Below, piece by piece: positions 41,860 through 51,502 of a DNA stretch of 64,000 nucleotides. This stretch comes from Promethearchaeati archaeon SRVP18_Atabeyarchaeia-1 (lineage in GTDB: Archaea > Asgardarchaeota > Atabeyarchaeia > Atabeyarchaeales > Atabeyarchaeaceae): assembly GCA_037308085.1 (NCBI GenBank), contig CP147779.1, forward strand, positions 1,856,001 through 1,920,000, given 5' to 3'. A program made the translations under genes and the position numbers. Within the stretch, counting starts at the first letter, position 1. The number at the start of each line of letters is the position of its first letter. The notes under the pieces were generated by a model. It had not been told where the DNA came from. It saw nothing but the letters and a program-made list of their open reading frames with translations, and did not search any database.

Positions 41860-42963
41860 TTACTTTCCCCAGATTCTCTTTTTGATGGCCGATAGGACCC
41901 CCATCCTCCTATTCGTGTTTGTTACTGCTCTGAGCTGCAATGCTTCCTCAAGCGTCCTTGGTCTTATGAATTTCTTCTTTAGGCCCTCGTAGGGTGGAAA
42001 GGCGCCGTGTGTGCCCAAGACTCTTCTCGCATCGGCTACCATCTCTAGTTGTTCAGGGCTCCAGTGGCGACCAACAAAGCTGTCCTTCTTGAGAGCATAT
42101 CGGCCTTTAACCGGCTGATACCTCATTGGATAGGACACTACACCCCACTCCATCGCCTTCTGGAGACGATGCAGCAAGTCTTCCGGGGTATCATTGAAGT
42201 TGTAGAGGAGATAGACCAGGATGTCTCTCGGCCTCACGCCTGCCTGGATCAGCATTTGTATGCCGTCTTCCACTTCCTGTTCCTGCTTTGGTCGATCGAA
42301 GGCAGTCCTTATCATATAGGTTCTGAGTGATGCGAGAACCTCAGCCTTTTCCGGGGTCATTAGCCTCGTGTCTATTCCCTGGTTGAAGTCGACTGGCAGA
42401 TTCAAACTGCGGATCTCAAGGAGAATCTCCTTCCAGTAGGGGGAGGCCAGCATATTGTTGTCCCAGAGGATGATCTTCTTGTGGTCGGGACAGATGAGAT
42501 CCTTGATCGTCTTCCTGCATTTGAACTCCGGCTCCAGTTTCGGGACTGCGCAGAAGGGGCAGTCGTTGATGCATCCTCTTGAACTGAAAACTATGCTTGC
42601 ATTCCAGTCCGGAACCAGGGAATAGTCAGGTATCATGCCTTCGGCTTGCTCGAAGAGCCCCCTATGGATTGTCGCTCCAGACTTCGCTGCATGCTCCGGC
42701 ATGAGCGTTGCGTATATGCCGCCTAGAATGATTTCAGCCTTCGGATATTGCTGCTGATAGAATCTGACAGCCTCGTGCACTGGCTTCCAGGCGTATGTGA
42801 AGAGACTCGTCACATAGATATTGTCTGGGGTCCACGGCGCAGCGACGCATCCCTTCTGAAAGCAGACCTCATCGCCAAGCATCCTGTGATAAGTGGAGAT
42901 CTTCAGAAGCCCAAGAGGAGGGAACCTAGAATAATAGTTTGGCTGAACCAAGAGGGTGCGCAT
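41860..42963 (-). CDS. Radical SAM protein with an N-terminal B12-binding-like segment
   Basis: FPPLGLLKISTYH, VTSLFT, GGIYA, SRGCINDCPFC, DNN, DFNQGID. Confidence 0.88.
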   Translation of the reverse strand: MRTLLVQPNYYSRFPPLGLLKISTYHRMLGDEVCFQKGCVAAPWTPDNIYVTSLFTYAWKPVHEAVRFYQQQYPKAEIILGGIYATLMPEHAAKSGATIHRGLFEQAEGMIPDYSLVPDWNASIVFSSRGCINDCPFCAVPKLEPEFKCRKTIKDLICPDHKKIILWDNNMLASPYWKEILLEIRSLNLPVDFNQGIDTRLMTPEKAEVLASLRTYMIRTAFDRPKQEQEVEDGIQMLIQAGVRPRDILVYLLYNFNDTPEDLLHRLQKAMEWGVVSYPMRYQPVKGRYALKKDSFVGRHWSPEQLEMVADARRVLGTHGAFPPYEGLKKKFIRPRTLEEALQLRAVTNTNRRMGVLSAIKKRIWGK

Positions 42964-43004
42964 AAAGGGTATATGTCTCCGTGATCTTTATTTGTCTTGC
43001 TTCC

Positions 43005-44768
43005 TCATGGAGGGCATTTCTGTGACAACTCAATCATCCTGTATACCAACCCTACTGTTGCAGAGAACATAGTCATCACATTACATCGCTCAGCTTTGGT
43101 CAGATCTTCGAACCATTTGAAGGAATCGCTTCCCTTATCATGCTTCTGAGCGTTGATGAATAAGTCCTGAAGCGCTTGTATTGTCACACCTAATTCCGGA
43201 TTTCGTCTCGTCTCTTGTGGGTCCGTTGAGGAGCCGCTTATCGTCAATTTTCGAGTCGAATGAGAAATTACTTTTTCCCACCCATATGCGGCTTTGGAGA
43301 GACCAAATATTTCATTAGTGCTCAGACCAGTCTTCTTCTTGAGTAGCTCCACAATCTTATCCAGCATGCTTGTTTCAGGCTGTAGCTTTCCTTCCGGCGT
43401 GAGCTTGTCGAAGTCGCTTCTTACAGGTTTGGGCAAAAGACCTAACATACTCTTCTGCAGCTCCTTTGCTTTGGCTAGATCATCTTCTTCAGGCAGTTTC
43501 TTCTTGATCTCGGCTTCCAGTGTCGCAACTTCCTTAGCAGCTTGTTTGCACTTGTCATCTATGACCTGCTTATGAGGCTGAAGCGCAGGGTCTGTTGCGA
43601 AACTTCTGCCGCTACTCATAGCTTTCTTTGCTTTCTCAAGACATTTCTTGGCTGAATTGGTATTTCCCTTTGCCAAATGGTGCTTTGCCTTCTCGATCGA
43701 TTTCGCCTGGTTCTTATCACTTTGGTACCGATTACTGATCTGGAACTCATCCACGAAACTACCAACCTGCTGGAAGAACGGAGCAACAAGCTCGGTACTC
43801 GGCACAAAGTTGTTCCTTGCTGCATTCTCAACTATCTTCGGAGTAACTATGTGGATCTCTCCATATTGCCATTCACTATGCCCACTTGAGAGGTTCTCTA
43901 TGAAATGTTCATCACCGATAGTGAAACCCTTCTTCTTGAAAAAGATGCCCTTGTTCGGCTCGCCTAGTTCCTTATTCTCCTTGTTTGTCAGAAACCAGCC
44001 GAAGGCCACAATTTCGCCGTTTACCTTGAACTCCTTGGGGACAAGATCATTCACAAGGAATATATCGACATCGTCAGGCGGCCTGGATATCGGGTCGCCT
44101 TCAAACTCAATCACAACTTCAGGTAGCTCAACGTCGTGCTCTTTCAGGTAATCGTTCACCTTGTCGGCAAGCAAGAATTTCTTGTTGAAGGGTGCGGGAA
44201 CAGTTCGAGAAAGGTACTTGATTATCTTCTCTTTCTGGAACATAGATTTATGTGTTGTCAGGATTGAGCAAAGTCTTACAACCGTGAAGTGATCTTTGAC
44301 AGACTCTCCTGAGTCAAGATTTGTTTCCTCGATTTCCCCCGTTGACTCTGATAACACATCGGCTGCCGATCTATTGGTTCCATAACTTTGGCGCAGCTTC
44401 TTGCAATCTATTTCTATTCTCAGTTTCTTCTCATTCTTCTTCTTGGTTGTTATAACGATCTTCTCGCAGACTGGGACGCCGCTCCAGATGCCGATACCTC
44501 TCCACCCAACATTTTCAGGTGGCTTGTACGATAGTCCAACGCTCAAAGCCTCTTTCAGCTTGGCTTTATTCATTCCGCTGCCATCGTCGTGAATGACCAG
44601 ATCAAGTGATTCTGGACTCTTAGTCTCGAAGTAGATCTTCACCTTCTTTGGATCGGCGTCCAGACTGTTCTGGACATATTCCCTCAGACAATTCAGATTA
44701 TCAGAATAGAGGCCTTCTGTGATAGCTTCAAGTAGCTTTGCACCAAAATTGTCAATCTCAAACTTCAC
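43005..44768 (-). CDS. GHKL (Hsp90/MORC-like) ATPase with S5-like and coiled-coil regions
   Basis: REYVQNSLDA, DDGSGM, GWRGIG, ENAARNNF. Confidence 0.88.
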   Translation of the reverse strand: MKFEIDNFGAKLLEAITEGLYSDNLNCLREYVQNSLDADPKKVKIYFETKSPESLDLVIHDDGSGMNKAKLKEALSVGLSYKPPENVGWRGIGIWSGVPVCEKIVITTKKKNEKKLRIEIDCKKLRQSYGTNRSAADVLSESTGEIEETNLDSGESVKDHFTVVRLCSILTTHKSMFQKEKIIKYLSRTVPAPFNKKFLLADKVNDYLKEHDVELPEVVIEFEGDPISRPPDDVDIFLVNDLVPKEFKVNGEIVAFGWFLTNKENKELGEPNKGIFFKKKGFTIGDEHFIENLSSGHSEWQYGEIHIVTPKIVENAARNNFVPSTELVAPFFQQVGSFVDEFQISNRYQSDKNQAKSIEKAKHHLAKGNTNSAKKCLEKAKKAMSSGRSFATDPALQPHKQVIDDKCKQAAKEVATLEAEIKKKLPEEDDLAKAKELQKSMLGLLPKPVRSDFDKLTPEGKLQPETSMLDKIVELLKKKTGLSTNEIFGLSKAAYGWEKVISHSTRKLTISGSSTDPQETRRNPELGVTIQALQDLFINAQKHDKGSDSFKWFEDLTKAERCNVMTMFSATVGLVYRMIELSQKCPP

Positions 44769-44805
44769 TTACTCAATCCCCCTCACTTCCTTGCTGAACT
44801 ATAGT

Positions 44806-44860
44806 TACCTGATCGCTGGGCGCGTGATATATCGGTTGCGGAGGCATTGCGACATCCACA
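44806..44860 (-). repeat. 55-bp repeat copy 2, promoter-like, upstream of the GHKL gene
   Basis: 51/55 identical to 40928-40982. Confidence 0.9.
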
Positions 44861-45136
44861 GGATTTTCGAATCTGAGACCATGCTCGGCTACGACACAGG
44901 GACCCAACTTAGAGTCCTTCAACATCTCAGACTACGCGGATTCTCTTAATGTAGATGACCCTTGCGTAAAGTCCGGCGCTTATGAGATTTGGATAAGTGA
45001 CGTGCTCAACAGGCGCACTTGCCAGTCTGATGGTTTTTCTTCGACTGGATCACCTGGACAAGCCAGAACAAAAAAGAGAGAGGGGGAAGACAGGACTCAC
45101 TAGTCTCCAGCTCATCTTCCCTCTGCGATATGTTCA

Positions 45137-45667
45137 CTAGTAGGGGCCTGGAACGAAGAAAGACAATACTGGGAAGTCCCAGTAGTGAACGCCACTGCCG
45201 TCACTGTAAACCCATGATATTACTGCCTTGTAGTTGCCGCCGCCACCACCAGGTCCGTAGGTATATGAGAAGCTTTTGTCGGCTGGTCCATCAAGCCCAA
45301 CGTACTCATTCTGGTTTGTAGCAGGATTCCACATCCAATTGTAGTCCCTGGCAAGCTTGGAGTAGATCACTTGATTGTAGTCCTTCTGGATGACGCCTAA
45401 TATCATTGATCTCAATTTCCACTGTGGGGAATTGCCATCGTAGTTGAGGATTATGTGCCACTCGAACTTCACCGTGTAGTAGTAGACGGGCCCTGATTGC
45501 CAGACGTTAACGGTAATTCTACCCCATGCGTAGTCATCGTTGAGCCAATGGCCCTGTTCCTGAACCAAGGTAGTTGCTGATGCCTGAGTTACTGCGCCCG
45601 CTGAAAAGGTTAGCAAGAAGATCGATAGAACGACAAAGACCATGATGCTCTTACTCATTCTATTCAT
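45137..45667 (-). CDS. Secreted Trp/Tyr-rich beta protein, function unknown
   Basis: GGAGG RBS; signal peptide MNRMSKSIMVFVVLSIFLLTFSAGA. Confidence 0.7.
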   Translation of the reverse strand: MNRMSKSIMVFVVLSIFLLTFSAGAVTQASATTLVQEQGHWLNDDYAWGRITVNVWQSGPVYYYTVKFEWHIILNYDGNSPQWKLRSMILGVIQKDYNQVIYSKLARDYNWMWNPATNQNEYVGLDGPADKSFSYTYGPGGGGGNYKAVISWVYSDGSGVHYWDFPVLSFFVPGPY

Positions 45668-46068
45668 ACTTGTCCTCCACTCAACTGCTTTTCTGTTTCG
45701 TTCTCTTTCTGCCCCTCTTCTGGGGCTAGGCGGTGACCGCCTCCAAAGCATTCAGCTTTGGTTTTGCCCCAATGCATAGGCGGAGCCATCCCCTCCCGGC
45801 ACGGGTCCACCCCTACAATTCTATCCCCTGACGTATAATATGGCGTTTTTCAGGCTGTTATACTTTACTGTTATACCGCTAAACCGCAAGCCTTGAGTAA
45901 GGACTATTCCGTAGACGACAGCAAGGGAGAAAGAAAGAACTTGATAGGAGGTGACAAGAAGTCCTTAATTCGGCAACGCCTGCGCGTTGACCGACAAATT
46001 TATTTAAGATAACAGTGGATATCTTAGCACGCTCTACTATGATAGGGGGTGTAATAGAGGGGTTGAAA

Positions 46069-46281
46069 ATGCCAGTTGAATCACGTGAAATACGCATCGT
46101 CATACCGCCTGAGATAAATGAACTCTTTGCCAAGCAGCCACACATGATCTTCAAAACACATCCTATTCCTGGCCTGTGGCCAGTTACTCTAGAGATTCTC
46201 AAAAACATCGAGGCCCTGAAAAAGCTAGCAGCCAGCAAGGAATTCAACGAGAAGTACGACATCGTAATAATACCGAAGTGA
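46069..46281 (+). CDS. 70-aa protein, candidate radical SAM substrate or partner
   Basis: TTTATTTAAG TATA and GAGGGG RBS upstream; hairpin follows the stop. Confidence 0.7.
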   Translation: MPVESREIRIVIPPEINELFAKQPHMIFKTHPIPGLWPVTLEILKNIEALKKLAASKEFNEKYDIVIIPK

Positions 46282-46360
46282 GTAGATTGACAAATGGGTG
46301 CAATTGTGGCACCCATTCTTTTGTTGTTTACTCTGCAAACTGAGTTAACAGGGTGGATAC

Positions 46361-47413
46361 ATGTCATCCGAACTCGAAGCACCGTTCTTAAAGAACATCG
46401 GTTTCATGCTCACCTACAAATGTACGATATCGTGTCCACATTGCATTGTTGAGGCTGGACCTCACCGTAAGGAAGAAATGGATCTTGATATGGCTCTGGA
46501 CTGGGTCAAGCAGGCAAGTACCTTTAGAAATGGACATATTGTCGGTCTAGCGTTGACTGGGGGCGAGCCGTTCTATGACCTGGAAAAACTCGCGAAGATC
46601 TCCGAATTTGCCAATAGTCTAGGGTTTGTTGTTTCGGTCGTAACTAACGGCTTTTGGGCAACAACAAGGGATGTCGCGCAAAAGACCATCGCAAGACTTC
46701 CAGCAATTCAGATGATTTCACTTAGCACAGATACTTACCACAGAAGGGCGATTCCACCTCAAAATGTCAAGAATGGCATTTGGGCGGCCAAGCAGCTTGG
46801 GCGGCTGTATAACATTGCGGTCTGTACAGACAACGAAGAGAACCCAGAGTTCAAGGAGATTATTAATGACTTGCGTGCGAATGGGGAAGCCGAAAACACT
46901 AGGACCGCCATAACATACCCTGTAGGCAGAGCGCAGAGGTATGAGGGTCATCTTAATTTTGAGATTGAGGCTGAACCTACGGTCGGGGCGTGTACCATGG
47001 CGAGTTCACCAGTGGTTTTTCCAGATGGGAAAGTAAATGCTTGCATAGGACCAGTGCTGACCTTGCCCTCAGCTCACCCACTCTTCCTCGGGAACTTGCG
47101 AATAGATCGGTTGAATGATATATTAGATCGGGCTGAAATGAATCTTTTCCTACAAACAATACGTGTATGGGGACCACAGAAATTGCAGTCGCTTTTGAAA
47201 GAGCATGGTTTAGGCGATTTGCTCCCCCGAGAGTACATTAAAGACTGCATATGCGATTGCTGCTACAAATTGCTCTCTGACCCGCGGATCGTTGACGCTC
47301 TTAAGAGCATTCTGCAGGATGAGAAGATGGTGAGGATCATAGCTTATGCGAGGGTGTACTATCTTAAAGAGACATTTATGGCGGAACGACTTGACTTGGT
47401 GACAAAGGGATAG
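46361..47413 (+). CDS. YydG/EpeE-like radical SAM enzyme
   Basis: CTISCPHC, TGGEP, TNGFWA, STDTYH, VGRA, C...PDG...C, ICDCC. Confidence 0.88.
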   Translation: MSSELEAPFLKNIGFMLTYKCTISCPHCIVEAGPHRKEEMDLDMALDWVKQASTFRNGHIVGLALTGGEPFYDLEKLAKISEFANSLGFVVSVVTNGFWATTRDVAQKTIARLPAIQMISLSTDTYHRRAIPPQNVKNGIWAAKQLGRLYNIAVCTDNEENPEFKEIINDLRANGEAENTRTAITYPVGRAQRYEGHLNFEIEAEPTVGACTMASSPVVFPDGKVNACIGPVLTLPSAHPLFLGNLRIDRLNDILDRAEMNLFLQTIRVWGPQKLQSLLKEHGLGDLLPREYIKDCICDCCYKLLSDPRIVDALKSILQDEKMVRIIAYARVYYLKETFMAERLDLVTKG

Positions 47414-47498
47414 TCTTTGGTTAACCCGAGCTAATGGGCTTCTATGTGTGTTTTGGCTGCCGAGCGCTCGCCTAGCCTGTGGCACAGAAAGTTCGTGG

Positions 47499-47529
47499 AG
47501 AGGTTTTCTCTTTTCCGGTCATCCCAAGC
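47499..47529. repeat. 31-bp perfect direct repeat, copy 1
   Basis: agaggttttctcttttccggtcatcccaagc, identical to 48739-48769. Confidence 0.92.
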
Positions 47530-47548
47530 TCGCCCGCTTATGAACACT

Positions 47549-48391
47549 CTAGCTCCCGGTGGCCTTGTCCTTGAGTTTCGCTATCAATACTGTGAACCAT
47601 GGAATGACGCAGATGGCGAACGGAATGAGGCACAGTATGACAATGCCAACATTGTATAACAGATTGGTCGAAAAATCGGTGAAGATGGCCTCCACAATAT
47701 GAAGAAGGTAGGCTGTCCACAGAAAACCTACGAAGAAGACATTAGCTCTAAAGATGTGCCTTGTCCATCTCATGAGTCGACTCTTCTCGTAAGGTTGTTT
47801 TAGTGTGAGGTGGCAAGAGAGCCCCAATACAAGTTCATATGCGAATATGTGTGGATAGCTTTTCTCATTTAACAGTTGGACACGTCTATAGAAGAGGAAC
47901 CAGGAAAGAACAAACACCAAAGAGGCTGTCATCAGGATATAGGAAGTCAAATCTGTAATCCTATTGATGACGGTATACATGAAGAAGAGAAAGGAGACTG
48001 GAACGAAAAGTGAACTCATCGTGAACATCTGATGACTTCTTTCATCAATCTGTTGGCTGAGAAACTCATGATTCCTCCAATACTTCTTGCATAGAAGACT
48101 GCGGTCCGGTAGCCTTGCCATCCGGGCGGCGAATTTGCGGTAGAGCGATTCCACATTTTGCTTCTCCTGTTTCCTTAGCGACTTCAGGTTTTCTGCTGCT
48201 ATCTCTGCGAATACCCATTCCATCCCTCTCAGGTTTTTGGCTTTCTCTTCTTTTGCCTCCTTGATCAGCGTTGAGATTTCGGCGGGCGCGTCGGCTACCT
48301 TCCTGGTCCTTCGATTCATGCCTCTTCCTCTTTGCCACGTTCGGATTCCCTTTTCAGAGTCATTGTCTTCCTTGCTTGTTCCCGTCGTCAT
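47549..48391 (-). CDS. Membrane protein with about four TMs and a charged N-terminus
   Basis: Two pairs of hydrophobic helices; no family recognised. Confidence 0.65.
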   Translation of the reverse strand: MTTGTSKEDNDSEKGIRTWQRGRGMNRRTRKVADAPAEISTLIKEAKEEKAKNLRGMEWVFAEIAAENLKSLRKQEKQNVESLYRKFAARMARLPDRSLLCKKYWRNHEFLSQQIDERSHQMFTMSSLFVPVSFLFFMYTVINRITDLTSYILMTASLVFVLSWFLFYRRVQLLNEKSYPHIFAYELVLGLSCHLTLKQPYEKSRLMRWTRHIFRANVFFVGFLWTAYLLHIVEAIFTDFSTNLLYNVGIVILCLIPFAICVIPWFTVLIAKLKDKATGS

Positions 48392-48450
48392 GATCCCCCC
48401 ACATGTGAGTCAGATTTTTCATTCGACCTCTCCTTCTCGACAGGGATCCT

Positions 48451-48639
48451 CTAGATTTCGGTCAGCCTCTCAGCGGTTCCTTTCCACGTCTGCCTCATTT
48501 TCTCGATCCTGTCGAAGCATTCGTTAACGCGCCCGCTCACGAGGGTCAGCTCGTACTGCAGCTTCTGAACCTGCTTCTTGACGAGTCCAAGGTCAAGTTC
48601 CAGACCGTGTACTTTGTCTTTCTCATTCATCCCCCTCAC
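48451..48639 (-). CDS. Small coiled-coil protein
   Basis: Heptad pattern; GGAGG RBS. Confidence 0.5.
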   Translation of the reverse strand: MRGMNEKDKVHGLELDLGLVKKQVQKLQYELTLVSGRVNECFDRIEKMRQTWKGTAERLTEI

Positions 48640-48738
48640 CCTCCTAAGTAGATATCAGTCTGTTGCCAGTGTCTTTCCTATCCCAGCTAACTTCCCAGCG
48701 GAGGGTGCTTGGTCTCCAATCCCCCCTCTTCCCTGAAT

Positions 48739-48769
48739 AGAGGTTTTCTCTTTTCCGGTCATCCCAAGC
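48739..48769. repeat. 31-bp perfect direct repeat, copy 2, bracketed by a 12-bp inverted repeat (48701-48712 / 48764-48775)
   Basis: gagggtgcttgg...ccaagcaccctc; the right arm overlaps the last 6 bp of the repeat. Confidence 0.92.
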
Positions 48770-48817
48770 ACCCTCATTCGCACAATTCAGTTAGATGAAT
48801 CACTCTTTTGCATCAGT

Positions 48818-50170
48818 CTACCTTCTGGAGGCGTACAGGTATTCACGCCTCATCTGCTGCCAAGAGGCGCCCGCACTCACGGCAAACGGTTGGCCGCATA
48901 GGCGCAGGCCACGGTGGAGTATCGCCAAGCTGGCGAGCCTATCCCGGTTGTAGTCCACGCTACAGTTCCTGCATCTGCTTATTGCCCAAGCTGGGTGCTT
49001 CAAGGTTCCACCGCAGACGGGGCACTTCGATGAGGTCCCCCTCGGGCTAACGTAGAAAGTCCTCTAACGGCTCTTATACTCAACCATTCTTTGAAACTCT
49101 CTATATGGCTAGCGGTTAAGGTACGTCCTAAACCTCCTGCTGCTTGCCAGGCCCTTCCTTCCTCTTCCCTGCCTTATCCCCTTCAGGTCCTCGAAGACGA
49201 AGGATGTGCTAGGGTTCTTCCGGACGATCTGGGTTGACAGCTTGTGGAGCGCGTCCTTAACCCTGTCTCTCTGTCTGCCCCTTGTCGCCTCAAGCTTCCT
49301 CTCCCTCTTCCCGGGGTTCCTAACGTGCAGCCGGATGAGCCTCCGCCTCCTCGAGAAGTCGTTCTGAACTTGCACTACCCTGTTAAGGGAGTTGGTGTGG
49401 GGTGACTCCAGCCCTATGCTGCCGCTGCTGAACGCTGAGGAGTCTGCGCTGTGGAAGTTGAGGTCCAAACCAGCCAGCCTCGCAGCGAGGGGCTTCCCGC
49501 CACCACGCCCTACGGCGAAGGTGACGCAGAGTTTTCTGTCCGTCAACAGGATCTCGCATGCCTCCCCTGCAGCGCTGTACTCGCTCCACTTCTTGTGGCC
49601 TGGAATGAAAGTGATATATTCATAGGTGAAAGGCTTCAGGGTGACCCTGACGGTCACGCTTCCGTCGGGGTTCGGTGAGAGGCGGAAGAGCTCGGAGTCG
49701 ATCCTCATGGCGAGCCTCCCATGCCTCTTCCTGTACGACCGTAGGAGCGCCACGGCCGTTCTGCAGAGGGGGTTGACGTGGTGCCTCGCATACTCGCAGC
49801 GGGTGTCGAACCAAGGCTTCACCCTCCTCCTCAGCGCAACCGGGTTGGGGATCAAGAGGCGACCGCTTATCTTGGCTGAGGCGTATGCCTGGGCGAGAGA
49901 CGTCGCTAGTGCGTCCTTCATGTCTTCGAGGTATTTGAGTATGCTGCTGGATGGCTGGTACTTTACTGCGATGGTTCTCTTTTCGCCTTCTCTGGTCTTC
50001 CACCTATGATGCTTCCCTGGATCTGCTGCTGCCACTGCGGTGCCGATAGTCCCGCCTCCTTGACTGCTTGTTGGAGCTTCCTGCTCGCCTCGTAATTTCT
50101 CGGTCTTTGTGGCTTCTCGCTGGGCTCCTGCCTGCTCTGTCCCCGCCCTGCATGGCCTCGGCGCAGGCAC
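48818..50170 (-). pseudogene. tnpB: TnpB pseudogene with two in-frame TAG codons (49109-49111, 49064-49066)
   Basis: GLDLN, FEDL; LNR*PYREFQRMVEYKSR*RTFYVSPRGTSSKCPVCG...CRNC...NRDRLA in one frame. Start uncertain. Confidence 0.85.
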
Positions 50171-50421
50171 CCAAGCGACCTAAGGGTGCTTCCCTGGAAG
50201 AGCATAGCTGTTCCACATTCGTCTACATGTAATTGCGTCTATTTATACAGTCCATCCGAACGGTTCGTTTCCCTCCCAAGATGATGTTAGGTGATGAACG
50301 TTGAAGCCAATATCGACGTCTCGCCGGGTAGTAAGATGCCTAGCTTTTTTGCGTGGCAAGGCTAGCTGAACGGAGTCGAAAACGAAGCCTATAAATAATT
50401 CTCCCAGCCGTAGTACCGCCC

Positions 50422-51390
50422 ATGGAAAACATAAAAGAAATCACGTTAAGGGAACTGAACCCGAGAAGGTTCATTGAGGAAAAGGTGAAGGAGATCCAGT
50501 CTACCGTTGGAGATGGAATAGCTGTCAACGCTCTGTCAGGTGGCGTAGACTCCTCGACTGTCACAATGCTGGGACACAAGGCGCTTGGAGAGCGACTAAA
50601 GACCTACTTCATAGAGAACGGGATAATGAGGGGAGGCGAACCGGAGCAGGTTGTCGCAGCATTCAAGAAGCTGGGAGTGAACGTTGAACTCGTCGACGCG
50701 AAGAAGGAGTTCTTCGATGCGCTGAAGGGAGTGACCGACCCCGAGGAGAAGAGGGAAGCCATAACCCAGACCTTCTACCGCGACGTATTCGGCAAGATCG
50801 TAAGGGAAAGCGGATCAAGGTTTCTAATGCAGGGAACCAACTACACCGATGTGGAGGAAACCGTGGCCAAAGTCAAGAGACAGCACAACGTGTTAGAGCA
50901 GCTAGGCATCGACACTGAGAAACAGTTCGGATACAAAGTGGTCGAACCGATAATTCAACTTAGAAAAACTGGTGTAAGGCGGGTAGCCAAACAACTCGGA
51001 CTTCCTGAGTCAATCTGGAACAGGATGCCATTCCCAGGGCCAGCACTCGCTGCAAGAGTCATAGGAGAAGTCACACCAGAAAGAATCGAAGCTGTCAGAA
51101 AAGCAACGAAGATCGTTGAAGAAGAGCTTGCGGGATCTGGAGCCTTCCAGTACTTCGCGATTCTCCATGAGGACAAGGTGACAGGAATGAGAGAGGGGAA
51201 GCGCGACTTCGGTCAGCAAGTGGAAGTGAGATGCTGGGACAGCACTGACGCCGTCACTGGAACACCGACGAACTTGCCCTTCAGGATTCTCGAGAAGCTT
51301 GGGGACAGGATAACCACAGAAGTTCCCGGCATAGTGAGTGTAACTTACAGTGTGACTAAGAAGCCGCCGTCGACAATAGAGGCAGTCTAG
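50422..51390 (+). CDS. guaAB: GMP synthase ATP-pyrophosphatase (B) subunit
   Basis: ALSGGVDS, DPEEKR, QGT, KRQHNV, PFPGPALA, KPPSTIE. Confidence 0.92.
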   Translation: MENIKEITLRELNPRRFIEEKVKEIQSTVGDGIAVNALSGGVDSSTVTMLGHKALGERLKTYFIENGIMRGGEPEQVVAAFKKLGVNVELVDAKKEFFDALKGVTDPEEKREAITQTFYRDVFGKIVRESGSRFLMQGTNYTDVEETVAKVKRQHNVLEQLGIDTEKQFGYKVVEPIIQLRKTGVRRVAKQLGLPESIWNRMPFPGPALAARVIGEVTPERIEAVRKATKIVEEELAGSGAFQYFAILHEDKVTGMREGKRDFGQQVEVRCWDSTDAVTGTPTNLPFRILEKLGDRITTEVPGIVSVTYSVTKKPPSTIEAV

Positions 51391-51502
51391 TCGGAACTCG
51401 GCAGCGCAGCATGCTCGGAAGATCTCCTTGAAGGAAAAAAAGGGTGATGTAGTGGGGGTGTGACTGGCACTCCTCTTTTTATGTTTATCGAAATAACGCA
51501 AG

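Noticed and set aside
49963-50216. IS607 tnpA C-terminal remnant (RSHK...QAVKEA in different frames)
   Set aside because: Similarity is too short to support.
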